A DNA stretch of 64,000 nucleotides from positions 6,837 to 70,836 of the forward strand of contig CAYVBZ010000002.1 in NCBI GenBank assembly GCA_964449835.1, in the 5' to 3' direction. The notes beneath the pieces are model-generated. The model was not told where the DNA came from. It was given only the letters and a program-made list of their open reading frames with translations, and did not search any database. Positions 1-9,032 of the stretch are shown here, piece by piece. Numbering within the stretch: position 1 is the stretch's first letter; every line of letters begins with the position of its first letter. Both the position numbers and the translations under genes were made by a program. Origin of the DNA: an uncultured Coxiellaceae bacterium. GTDB lineage: Bacteria; Pseudomonadota; Gammaproteobacteria; DSM-16500.

Positions 1-1
1 G

Positions 2-430
2 CACAGGCAATGGTCGCAAAAGCGCTTGTTAGAGGTATTTCCCGATTTGAGCAATAAGGTGATCGTTACCCTGGGACTGACCTACAAAGCAGACACTGAC
101 ACTTTGCGCCGTTCAACGGCCATTGAACTCTGTCAGTGGCTAAAAGATCAAGGCGCGAAGACAGTCGCCTACGATCCGGTCGTGCGTCAACTGCCCGACG
201 CTCTGACAAAAATCATCGACCTAAAAAATAGCCTGACAGAAGCGCTTCAGGAAGCAGACGCCGTCGTCGTCGCAACCGAGTGGCCGCAATTTCTATCCTT
301 GTCGCCTGAACAGTTCACGCGTTCCGCGGGCAAGACCCATATCTTTGACGCCAGCGGCTTTTTAATGAAAAACTTAGGCCAGGATGAACGCGTTTATTAT
401 CATTCCGTCGGGAGAGTGGCATGCGTTTAA
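2..430 (+). CDS. nucleotide-sugar dehydrogenase (UDP-glucose/GDP-mannose dehydrogenase family), C-terminal part; 5' end lies outside the window
   Basis: Frame is open from nt 2, and the listed M at 26 is a TTG. VIVTLGLTYKADTDTLRRSTAIEL...AYDPVV matches the C-terminal UDP-binding domain of this family. Confidence 0.7.
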   Translation, partial: HRQWSQKRLLEVFPDLSNKVIVTLGLTYKADTDTLRRSTAIELCQWLKDQGAKTVAYDPVVRQLPDALTKIIDLKNSLTEALQEADAVVVATEWPQFLSLSPEQFTRSAGKTHIFDASGFLMKNLGQDERVYYHSVGRVACV

Positions 431-1293
431 AAAATAAAAATGCAATCATTACCGGTGGAAGCCAAGGCTTCGGACTCGAGATTGCTAAGCAATTTCTGCT
501 AGAAGGCGCAGATCTCATGCTCTGTGCCCGCAATGCTGAAACGCTTTATCAAGCACAACAAGCGTTGCTGAAAATAGCAAAACCCAGTCAAAAGGTATTG
601 ACTAAAACCGTTGATGTCGCAGACCTTGGCCAGGTTGAACAACTTGCGGCAGAGACCCTAGCTCAACTTGGAACAATAGATATCCTCGTGGCAAATGCCG
701 GCGTCTACGGCACCAAAGGCCCTATCGAGGAAATTGACTGGGAAGAATGGTCACGCGCTATTGATATTAATTTAAAGGGAACGGTTTGGCAGTGCCGGGC
801 TGTTTTACCGCACATGAAAAGACAAGGCCGAGGGAAAATCATTATTATCTCCGGCGGAGGTGCTACCAAGCCGATGCCCAATTTAAGCGCTTATGCGGCG
901 TCAAAAGCCGGCGTGGTCCGTTTTGCTGAAACGCTTGCAGGAGAGGTGGCTGATTTTAATATTGACGTCAACACCGTAGCACCCGGCGCCTTAAATACAA
1001 GATTATTGGAGGAAATACTGGAAGCCGGCCCCGATAAAGTCGGCAGACAATTCTATGAGCAATCCCTGAAGCAACAACAAAGCGGAGGAACGCCATTGAA
1101 TGTCGGCGCCGCTCTCTGTGTTTTTCTGGCCTCCGAGGCAAGCAAGGGTATTACGGGCCGCCTCATCAGCGCTGTCTGGGACCCTTGGAAACAATTCCCA
1201 GATATCAAGGCTGTGCTGCAACAATCTGATATTTATACCTTGCGCCGCATCGTCCCCTCCGATCGCGGCCAACTCTGGGACGCAGCCAAATGA
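421..1293 (+). CDS. short-chain dehydrogenase/reductase (SDR)
   Basis: TGGSQGFG Rossmann motif, NAG motif (VANAGVYG) and catalytic YAASK (YxxxK). Overlaps the upstream gene by 10 nt. Confidence 0.8.
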   Translation: MRLKNKNAIITGGSQGFGLEIAKQFLLEGADLMLCARNAETLYQAQQALLKIAKPSQKVLTKTVDVADLGQVEQLAAETLAQLGTIDILVANAGVYGTKGPIEEIDWEEWSRAIDINLKGTVWQCRAVLPHMKRQGRGKIIIISGGGATKPMPNLSAYAASKAGVVRFAETLAGEVADFNIDVNTVAPGALNTRLLEEILEAGPDKVGRQFYEQSLKQQQSGGTPLNVGAALCVFLASEASKGITGRLISAVWDPWKQFPDIKAVLQQSDIYTLRRIVPSDRGQLWDAAK

Positions 1294-2267
1294 AAGTAGC
1301 GATTATCGGCTGTGGTCTAATCGGTCAAAAGCGGGCAAAAACACTGGGGCAAGGCCAACTCGTTGCCTGCGCGGACCTCCACCTGGAAAAGGCCGAGGCC
1401 TTGGCAAAGGGGCACTCCCCCTGCCGCGCCTATCAAAACTATTCTGACATGCTAGCGCGCGAGGACCTTGATATTGTGGTTGTCTCAACCTTGCACGCCT
1501 CTCTCGCTCAAATTGCCTATGACTCGCTTCAAGCCGGCAAACATACGCTGATTGAAAAACCAGCCGGCCGGCGGGCCGTTGAACTGGATTTGGTTATAAA
1601 AGCGGCCAAGCAGTCCGGCGCTTGCGTCCGGATTGGCTTTAATCATCGCTATCACCGTGCCTTTCGTAAAGCGCGGGAGCTGGTCGATGCGGGTGAACTA
1701 GGCGATTTAATGTTCATTCGCGCACGCTATGGGCACGGCGGCAGGCTGGGCTATGACCAAGAGTGGCGCGCGCGGCCCGAACTATCCGGCGGAGGCGAAC
1801 TGATTGACCAAGGCGTGCATCTCATTGACCTCGCACGCTGGTTTCTGGGTGATTTTGTGGAAACTTCCGGCTTTGCACATACTTATTACTGGAACATGCC
1901 GGTAGATGACAACGGCTTTCTTATTTTAAAAACAGCGAAAAAACAAGTCGCTCATTTGCACGCGAGCTGCACTGAATGGAAAAATACCTTTTCCTTTGAG
2001 CTTTACGGGAAGAAAGGCAAGATCGAGGTGAATGGCCTGGGCGGCAGCTATGGCGTTGAACGCCTCAGTTTTTACAAAATGGGCCCGGAAATGGGCCCGC
2101 CTGAAACCTTCATGTGGGAATACCCAATGGCAGACGACTCCTGGGAAGTTGAATTTAAAGAATTTATGGCTGATATTCATCATCAGCGACAGCCCAGTCC
2201 AGGCTTGGGCGACGCGCAAGCTGCTTTAAGGATCGTGGAAGAAATTTATAGGATCTCAGAAATATGA
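1290..2267 (+). CDS. Gfo/Idh/MocA family oxidoreductase
   Basis: N-terminal MKVAIIGCGLIGQKR Rossmann fold and the LIEKPAG (EKP) motif. 4-nt ATGA overlap with the SDR gene. Confidence 0.8.
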   Translation: MKVAIIGCGLIGQKRAKTLGQGQLVACADLHLEKAEALAKGHSPCRAYQNYSDMLAREDLDIVVVSTLHASLAQIAYDSLQAGKHTLIEKPAGRRAVELDLVIKAAKQSGACVRIGFNHRYHRAFRKARELVDAGELGDLMFIRARYGHGGRLGYDQEWRARPELSGGGELIDQGVHLIDLARWFLGDFVETSGFAHTYYWNMPVDDNGFLILKTAKKQVAHLHASCTEWKNTFSFELYGKKGKIEVNGLGGSYGVERLSFYKMGPEMGPPETFMWEYPMADDSWEVEFKEFMADIHHQRQPSPGLGDAQAALRIVEEIYRISEI

Positions 2268-3247
2268 TTATAGTCCGTAGTCCCTTACGCATTTCCCTTG
2301 GCGGGGGCGGCACAGACCTGCCGTCCTATTATCGAGATCATAGCGGATTTTTAATCGCGGCGGCCATTGATAAATATGTTTACATTACTCTACATCAAAC
2401 TTTTGTTGACGAGCTGATCATAAAATATTCCAAATTGGAGCGCGTTAAGTCAGTTCAGGATGTGGAACACCCCATTATCCGAGAAGCCTTGATACATGCC
2501 GGCGTTCCCGCCCCGTATTTGGAAATTACGAGCATGGCGGACATTCCCGCAGGAACAGGCCTCGGCTCATCCGGCAGTTTTACAACGGCCTTAGTGAAGG
2601 CCTTGAACACGCTAAAAAAGAATTTAATTCATCCCCAAGAACTGGCCGAACAAGCCTGCCACATTGAGTTAAACTTGCTGAAAGAGCCTATTGGAAAGCA
2701 GGACCAATACATTGCCGCTTATGGTGGTATCACTTGCTTTCATTTTCATCATAACGATACCGTGGAAGCCTGGCCGCTTAAAATTGACCAGGAAACTCTT
2801 TTTAACTTGGAAGATAATTTACTATTGTTTTTCACCGGCTACTCCCGCTCAGCTTCCCATATCCTCAAGGAACAGGACGTCAAAAGCAAAGAGAAAGACA
2901 GCGACATGATCGCTAACCTGCATTTCATCAAAGACTTGGGCTTAAAAAGCAAAGACGCCTTGGAAAAAGGCGATTTACAAGAGTTCGCAAGCCTCATGAA
3001 TGTTCATTGGGAACATAAAAAGCAGCGCTCTGCCCAAATGAGCAATAACAACATTGATGACTGGTATGAACTTGCCTTGAAAAATGGTGCTCGCGGCGGA
3101 AAAATGATTGGCGCCGGCGGTGGTGGTTTTTTAATGTTTTACACCGATGATCGAGCAAAACTGCGTCACGCTTTGCATGGAGCAGGCCTGCAGGAAGTCC
3201 GTTTTCGATTTGATTTTTTGGGTACGCAGGTACTTGCCCAAGCCTAA
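2264..3247 (+). CDS. GHMP-family sugar kinase, HddA-like (D-glycero-D-manno-heptose 7-phosphate kinase type)
   Basis: GHMP motif PAGTGLGSSGSF and C-terminal GAGGGGF. 4-nt overlap with the upstream gene; sits directly upstream of the nucleotidyltransferase/SIS/GmhB cassette. Confidence 0.75.
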   Translation: MIIVRSPLRISLGGGGTDLPSYYRDHSGFLIAAAIDKYVYITLHQTFVDELIIKYSKLERVKSVQDVEHPIIREALIHAGVPAPYLEITSMADIPAGTGLGSSGSFTTALVKALNTLKKNLIHPQELAEQACHIELNLLKEPIGKQDQYIAAYGGITCFHFHHNDTVEAWPLKIDQETLFNLEDNLLLFFTGYSRSASHILKEQDVKSKEKDSDMIANLHFIKDLGLKSKDALEKGDLQEFASLMNVHWEHKKQRSAQMSNNNIDDWYELALKNGARGGKMIGAGGGGFLMFYTDDRAKLRHALHGAGLQEVRFRFDFLGTQVLAQA

Positions 3248-3263
3248 GCAGAGGACAGCCGCC

Positions 3264-3968
3264 ATGACGCTCGACCTTTATCCTGTTGTTGTCCTCGCCG
3301 GTGGACTGGCTACGCGACTGCGCCCAGTCACTTCAACCCTTCCAAAATCTTTGGTGTCCATAAAAGGGGAACCCTTTATCGACCACCAATTGCGTCTACT
3401 GGCAAAACGCGGCGTTCGCAAAGTGCTGCTCTGCGTAGGTTATCTGGGAGAAATGATTCAAGACCACGTTAAAGACGGCCGGCAATTTGGTTTAAACGTC
3501 ATTTATTCCTTTGACGGTCCTGAATTACTTGGCACTGCAGGCGCCATCAAACGTTCCTTGCCACAGTTAGAAGAATATTTTTTTGTCACTTATGGTGACT
3601 CCTATCTGGACTTGGACTATGCATCCGTACAAGCTGCGTTTCAATCCTCGCAAAAACCAGCCTTAATGACCGTTTTTCATAATCAAGGACAGTGGGACAC
3701 GAGCAATGTTGAATTTTCGAATGGCAATTTAATCGCCTATGATAAAAAAAATTTAACCAAACAAATGCATTATATTGACTACGGACTGGGCGTGTTTAAA
3801 AAAAACGCATTCGACCAAGTGCCTAGCAATAAAGTCTTTGATCTCGCTGCACTCTATCAACAGTTATTAACTCATAACCAGTTGGCAGGGCATGAGGTAG
3901 ACCGTCGTTTTTATGAAATAGGATCATTTGCCGGGATCAAAGAACTCGAGTATTATCTTTCTCAGTAA
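3264..3968 (+). CDS. sugar-1-phosphate nucleotidyltransferase, HddC-like
   Basis: VVVLAGGLATRLRPVTSTLPKSLV is the GxGxRL signature. I chose the ATG at 3264 (MTLDLYP...) over the listed 3147 start, which overlaps the kinase gene by about 100 nt. Confidence 0.75.
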   Translation: MTLDLYPVVVLAGGLATRLRPVTSTLPKSLVSIKGEPFIDHQLRLLAKRGVRKVLLCVGYLGEMIQDHVKDGRQFGLNVIYSFDGPELLGTAGAIKRSLPQLEEYFFVTYGDSYLDLDYASVQAAFQSSQKPALMTVFHNQGQWDTSNVEFSNGNLIAYDKKNLTKQMHYIDYGLGVFKKNAFDQVPSNKVFDLAALYQQLLTHNQLAGHEVDRRFYEIGSFAGIKELEYYLSQ

Positions 3969-3981
3969 AAAGGAATATTAC

Positions 3982-4593
3982 ATGCAATTCATTAATCAGT
4001 TTTTGGATGAAGCCACCTCGATCATCAACTCCCTTGATAAAAATCAACTTGAAAAAACGGTTGACCTCTTGGCCGACCTTCGCGCTCAAGAAGGCCGTTT
4101 ATTTGTTCTCGGCGTCGGCGGGAGCGCCGCGAACGCCTCACATGCAGTCAACGATTTTCGTAAAATCTCCGGCATAGAAGCTTATGCACCTACTGATAAT
4201 GTTTCTGAACTGACCGCGCGCACCAACGATGAAGGATGGGCAACCGTGTTTTCAAAATGGCTGGAAGTGAGCCGCTTAAACAAAAACGATGCCTTGCTCA
4301 TTTTATCCGTCGGCGGCGGTAATCTTGACAAAAATGTCAGCCCCAATTTGGTCACGGCCTTGCAATATGCCAAAGAAATCGGCTCCAAGGTAATGGGCAT
4401 TGTCAGCCGTGATGGAGGCTACACTGCAAAAGTGGCCGATGCCTGCATTATTATTCCCACACCCAACCCCGACAATACAACGCCTCACGCGGAAGCTTTT
4501 CAATCCGTTATTTGGCATTTATTTGTTTCACATCCTAAATTAAAAATGATTCAAACCAAGTGGGAATCCGTTCATTTAGAAGTCGTGGGCTAA
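3982..4593 (+). CDS. SIS-domain sugar-phosphate isomerase, GmhA-like
   Basis: VLGVGGSAANASHAVNDF is the SIS phosphosugar-binding motif. ATG at 3982 is preceded by AAAGGAA; the listed 3928 start overlaps the upstream gene. Confidence 0.75.
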   Translation: MQFINQFLDEATSIINSLDKNQLEKTVDLLADLRAQEGRLFVLGVGGSAANASHAVNDFRKISGIEAYAPTDNVSELTARTNDEGWATVFSKWLEVSRLNKNDALLILSVGGGNLDKNVSPNLVTALQYAKEIGSKVMGIVSRDGGYTAKVADACIIIPTPNPDNTTPHAEAFQSVIWHLFVSHPKLKMIQTKWESVHLEVVG

Positions 4594-4594
4594 T

Positions 4595-5128
4595 ATGCGA
4601 ACAAAAGCTATATTCCTTGACCGTGATGGCGTGCTGAATGAACCGATCATCAAAAATGGGAAACCTTACCCGCCCGGCACGCTTTCTGACTTACAGATCT
4701 CGGAGCAGGTGTTGCCTGCCCTGCAAAATTTAAAAGCGCAGGGTTATCTGCTGATCGGCGCTACTAATCAGCCGGATGTCGCCCGCGGAACAACGCAGCG
4801 CAGTCTGGTCGAAGCCATCAATCAAAGGTTAATCTGCGATTTGCCCTTAAATGAGATCCGCGTCTGCTACCATGATGACCAAGATCATTGCGCATGCCGG
4901 AAACCCGCGCCGGGTTTATTGCTGCAAGCCGCGGAAGAACATAAGATCGATCTCCACAAGAGCTTCATGATTGGCGATCGCTGGAAAGACATTGAAGCCG
5001 GCCGCCGCGCGGGCTGCAAAACAATCTGGCTGAATTACCATTATGCGGAAAAAGCACCTGAGCCAGCACCGGACTTTATCGCCGCCAACCTGCTTGAGGC
5101 GACAAGATGGATTTTAAACCTGAATTGA
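4595..5128 (+). CDS. gmhB: HAD-IIIA D,D-heptose 1,7-bisphosphate phosphatase-like
   Basis: FLDRDGVLN (HAD motif I), GATNQPDVARG and MIGDRWKDIEAG. The Cys/His cluster CYHDDQDHCACRKP is typical of GmhB. Confidence 0.8.
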   Translation: MRTKAIFLDRDGVLNEPIIKNGKPYPPGTLSDLQISEQVLPALQNLKAQGYLLIGATNQPDVARGTTQRSLVEAINQRLICDLPLNEIRVCYHDDQDHCACRKPAPGLLLQAAEEHKIDLHKSFMIGDRWKDIEAGRRAGCKTIWLNYHYAEKAPEPAPDFIAANLLEATRWILNLN

Positions 5129-5153
5129 TTTCACAGATAGAAGGAGTTGTACC

Positions 5154-5888
5154 ATGCGATTAGTGAATGATTTACAAGTAAAGATCTTTGCTGATGGCGC
5201 CGACAAGGCCGGCATGCTGGAAATGCATAAGCTCGCTCACATTAAAGGGTTCACCACAAACCCCACCTTGATGCGCAAAGCAGGCATCTCCAACTATGAA
5301 GTTTTCGCAAAAGACATTTTAACTCACATTCAAGACAAACCCATTTCCTTTGAGGTTTTTTCGGATGATTTCTCTGAAATGCAAAGACAAGCTCGAGAAA
5401 TCGCCCAATGGGGAGAAAATGTTTACGTTAAAATTCCCGTCACGAACACGCAGGGCAAAACCGCCGCTCCCTTGGTCCAAGCCCTGGCCAAAAGCGGCGT
5501 AAAACAAAACGTGACAGCCTTGATGACTGTAGAGCAAGTCAAAGAAGTCACCACCGCTTTAAAGGACGGCCCGCCAGCCTGTATTTCTGTTTTTGCCGGA
5601 CGCATTGCAGATACCGGTCGTGATCCCTTGCCTATTTTGAAAGAAGCTTTGAACATCATGAAGCCTTACCCCCATTTGGAATTAATTTGGGCCAGTCCGC
5701 GCGAACTACTAAACATTTTTCAAGCGCATGAACTCGGTTGTCATATTATTACGGTTACAAACGACATCCTTAAAAAACTATCTTTGGTCGGCGAAGACCT
5801 AGGCAAGTTTTCCTTGGACACGGTAAAAATGTTCTACGATGACGCGCTCAAGGCCGGATTTACACTGGGAGAAATGGAAACTATATGA
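5154..5888 (+). CDS. small transaldolase / fructose-6-phosphate aldolase family protein
   Basis: 244 aa. GFTTNPTLM (TTNP motif) and VYVKIPVT (Schiff-base Lys context). Size matches the Fsa/TalC/LmbR subclass. Confidence 0.7.
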   Translation: MRLVNDLQVKIFADGADKAGMLEMHKLAHIKGFTTNPTLMRKAGISNYEVFAKDILTHIQDKPISFEVFSDDFSEMQRQAREIAQWGENVYVKIPVTNTQGKTAAPLVQALAKSGVKQNVTALMTVEQVKEVTTALKDGPPACISVFAGRIADTGRDPLPILKEALNIMKPYPHLELIWASPRELLNIFQAHELGCHIITVTNDILKKLSLVGEDLGKFSLDTVKMFYDDALKAGFTLGEMETI

Positions 5889-7513
5889 AAGAAAACACAG
5901 CTAACACCTATAATTCCTGTCTAATCTGCCATGAAAAAAAGACCTATTATGATTTTTCCATCGATAAATTCCGTGTTGAGGAGTGTGCTGTTTGCGGCTT
6001 GATGCGTCTCAATCCGCAACCTTCAGATCAAGAGCTTGCGGAAATTTATAGCTCAAACTATTTCATTGCCTTAAGTGATCAAAAGGGCCAATCACATACC
6101 GCCGCCTTGAAATCAGGCACGGCCGACCACTATCTGGACTTGCTAGAGCATTATGCTGGAAAACCCTTAAAAGGACGCCTTCTTGAAGTGGGCTGCGGCC
6201 AAGGAGAATTTCTCTCCCGAGCGGAAGCGCGGGGACTTTCTATCACAGGACTTGAATATTCTTCACATGCTGCGGATATCGCCGCGAAGAAAATAGGGTC
6301 GAAAGGAAAAGTGATCTGCGGCGAGCTGACTCATTTGCAGGGGTCTACAGAACTATTCGACTACATTATTTTTGCGGACGTTCTTGAGCATGTGCGTAAT
6401 CCACGCGAATTTCTAGCCTTGGTCCATTCCTTATTACGGCCAAACGGCATCGCCGTTACCATTGTGCCCAGTCTTGATTCCTTGTCAGCACGGCTGATGA
6501 AAAACAAATGGGTTGAATTTAAAAAGGAACACCTGTGGTATTTTTCCAATGCGACGCTCCGGCGCTTACTCTACACGGAAAGCTTTGGCGAAGTCCAATG
6601 CAAGCCTGCAAAAAAGACTTTGAGCTTTGATTATATTGCCCAACATTTTGATAATTACCCGGTCCAGCCCTTTTCAAGCCTCCTCATGGTCTTAAAGCGA
6701 TTGCTGCCTCACTTCCTAAGAAGATATCCCATCCAGGTCGTCGCGAGCGGTATCGTCAATTTTGCGCGCAGACAGGAAAAATCTTCCGTTCAAAAGTTGT
6801 CAGTGATCATGGCGGCATACAATGAGGAAAAAACGCTTAGAAACGTCATCGAAAAAGTCTTGGCGAAGCAAATTTCAGGAATTGAAATTGAGCTCATTAT
6901 TGTTGAGAGTCATTCAACGGACAATACACAAAGTATTGTCCGGGAATATGAAAACCATGCGCGGGTAAAAGTGGTTTGGCAGGAAAGAGCGCTTGGTAAA
7001 GGAAATGCAATTCGAGCTGGATTAGAGAAGGTCACCGGTGATTATATCTTAATTCAGGATGCGGACGAAGAATATGACATAGAAGACTACGACGCCCTCA
7101 TCCAACCGCTTGTTTCCGGTGAGGCCGCCTTTGTGCTAGGTGCCCGTCACGGCGGGCGCATGTGGAAAATGCGCACCTTCACTGACCAACACCTAACCGG
7201 CCATTTCTTAAACTTCGGTCATTGGTGTTTCACGGCCCTAATCAATATCTTGTATGGTTTGCGACTGAAAGACCCCTTTACAATGTATAAAGTTTTTCGT
7301 GCTGACTGTCTTCACGGTTTAAAATTTAAATGTAATCGTTTTGACTTTGATTGTGAGCTTCTGATTAAGCTTGTTAAAAATGGGTACCGGCCGATAGAAA
7401 TCCCTGTGAATTATCGCTCGCGCTCCTTCAAGGAAGGAAAAAAAGTCAGAGTATTTCGCGACCCCCTCACTTGGCTTAAGACCATTATTATGAATCGGTT
7501 TCAGAATGCATAA
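5885..7513 (+). CDS. fusion protein: Zn-ribbon + class I SAM methyltransferase + family-2 glycosyltransferase (polyprenyl-phosphate sugar synthase type)
   Basis: CLICHEKK..CAVCGL ribbon, LLEVGCGQGEF SAM motif I, and GT2 motifs LSVIMAAYNEEKTL and DADEEYD. 4-nt overlap with the transaldolase gene. Confidence 0.75.
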   Translation: MKENTANTYNSCLICHEKKTYYDFSIDKFRVEECAVCGLMRLNPQPSDQELAEIYSSNYFIALSDQKGQSHTAALKSGTADHYLDLLEHYAGKPLKGRLLEVGCGQGEFLSRAEARGLSITGLEYSSHAADIAAKKIGSKGKVICGELTHLQGSTELFDYIIFADVLEHVRNPREFLALVHSLLRPNGIAVTIVPSLDSLSARLMKNKWVEFKKEHLWYFSNATLRRLLYTESFGEVQCKPAKKTLSFDYIAQHFDNYPVQPFSSLLMVLKRLLPHFLRRYPIQVVASGIVNFARRQEKSSVQKLSVIMAAYNEEKTLRNVIEKVLAKQISGIEIELIIVESHSTDNTQSIVREYENHARVKVVWQERALGKGNAIRAGLEKVTGDYILIQDADEEYDIEDYDALIQPLVSGEAAFVLGARHGGRMWKMRTFTDQHLTGHFLNFGHWCFTALINILYGLRLKDPFTMYKVFRADCLHGLKFKCNRFDFDCELLIKLVKNGYRPIEIPVNYRSRSFKEGKKVRVFRDPLTWLKTIIMNRFQNA

Positions 7514-9032
7514 TGAAGCAGATAAGGAGAACCAGCTGATGTTATTTTCATTTTTCCAACGTAAAAAAATTTTATTGACCGGAATTCTTGCAACACTTGC
7601 TTTTCTATTAATTCATTTCCATCTATACAATCCCCACGAACAGCATGGCTCTGATAGCCTGGAAAATCTAGCCGGCGCCTATAACATCGCTAAGTACAAC
7701 ACCTACGCCATTTGGACAGGTGATCACCGCCCGCATGCGACTGCCTCGCGGGAACCTCTCTTTCCCTTCATGCTCGGCATGCTCATCAAGGTAGAAAATC
7801 TATTCGTCAGCAAGGCTGATAATATAAACAATAAACCAATTGAAAGTATTTATACGCTCACCATCCGGTCTCCTAGAGCTATAAACTCCTTAAAAATACT
7901 CAACATTGCCATTTCCTATGCGAGCATCGCCTTAGCTTGTGCCTTTGTTTACTGGGCCACACAAAGTTATCTTTTATTTCTTTACTCCACTCTGACGCTC
8001 GTGTTCAGCGCGGCCTTAGCTCAGGGTGCCGAGAGTTTCTTAACCGAACCCTTGGCCGCCTTATTATGCACCCTGGTTTCTATTTTATTGTATTATTCTA
8101 AACCGCTGTCTGCTAAGCGTTCTTATTGGCTTGCTCTGGGTTTTTCGCTGTCAGCCCTGGTCTTGACTAAAGCGCTGTATTTATACTTTCTGCCCCTTGT
8201 GTTTATCTATTTAAATATCATCTATCGCAAGGAAATAAAAATACGGGACAAGGCCCTCCTACGTCATCTTGGTATTTTTTCAGCCTGTTTAGTCATTTTG
8301 GTCGGCGGTTGGATGTTGAGAAATTTCATCGATTTTAACCGCTTTTTCATTGCCGACCGTAAAGCAGAAATGCTCATGTACCGGGCAGAATACGACGCTA
8401 CCTCTTTTAAAGACTATCCTTATCTGTTCGCTCTTTATGCGCCAGGACTCAGCAAACATTTTCTGACCCAAGAAACAGAAGCCAATTGGACTCATGTGTA
8501 CAATTGGATTGGGAACGATCAAATCATTGCCAGCACTTATCATAGCGTTTTTGAGCCTTTCTTCAAAGACTTGCCCCTTCAGCCGCATGGACGCTACAAA
8601 CAGTCGCACTTCAAAAAACTGGAAAGGCAATCTATGAACCGCATTCTGGACCGTAAATTAGGGCATCTCGCAATGACTATCGCCTTCTTCTATCGCTGTT
8701 TATTTGTGGAAGACGGCGCCGGTTTAAAATTTTTAGGCTTCAATCTGCCTCACGAGGATTTTGGCGAAAAGCGCGTGGACAATTTTCTTTTTGCTTTTCT
8801 AGTGAATCTGCCTTATTGGTTTGGCTTTTTCTATTTCATGATCACAGCCATTCGCAAAAAGGATTATAGTGGTTATAGCTTGTTACTGATACCCACTTTT
8901 ACCATTTTGGCCTATTCCTGTTTAGCGATGTCGCACCCTCGTTACATGCAGCCCATGATTCCTCTTTTTACTATCCTATTTTGTCTGGCAGCAAAAAGGT
9001 CTCAGCGTGTTTTTGCAGGTAATAGAGGCTAG
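7506..9032 (+). CDS. polytopic membrane protein, GT-C-like (ArnT/PMT-type glycosyltransferase candidate)
   Basis: At least 10 hydrophobic segments. An early loop, SREPLFPFMLGML, resembles the first periplasmic loop of GT39/GT83 enzymes. Coupled to the GT2 fusion by an 8-nt overlap. The start may instead be the internal M at 7539. Confidence 0.45.
   Translation: MHNEADKENQLMLFSFFQRKKILLTGILATLAFLLIHFHLYNPHEQHGSDSLENLAGAYNIAKYNTYAIWTGDHRPHATASREPLFPFMLGMLIKVENLFVSKADNINNKPIESIYTLTIRSPRAINSLKILNIAISYASIALACAFVYWATQSYLLFLYSTLTLVFSAALAQGAESFLTEPLAALLCTLVSILLYYSKPLSAKRSYWLALGFSLSALVLTKALYLYFLPLVFIYLNIIYRKEIKIRDKALLRHLGIFSACLVILVGGWMLRNFIDFNRFFIADRKAEMLMYRAEYDATSFKDYPYLFALYAPGLSKHFLTQETEANWTHVYNWIGNDQIIASTYHSVFEPFFKDLPLQPHGRYKQSHFKKLERQSMNRILDRKLGHLAMTIAFFYRCLFVEDGAGLKFLGFNLPHEDFGEKRVDNFLFAFLVNLPYWFGFFYFMITAIRKKDYSGYSLLLIPTFTILAYSCLAMSHPRYMQPMIPLFTILFCLAAKRSQRVFAGNRG

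Noticed and set aside
3147-3263. Upstream extensions of the nucleotidyltransferase (3147) and SIS (3928) ORFs
   Set aside because: Both extensions overlap the preceding genes. The conserved N-termini start at 3264 and 3982, and the latter has a good Shine-Dalgarno sequence.
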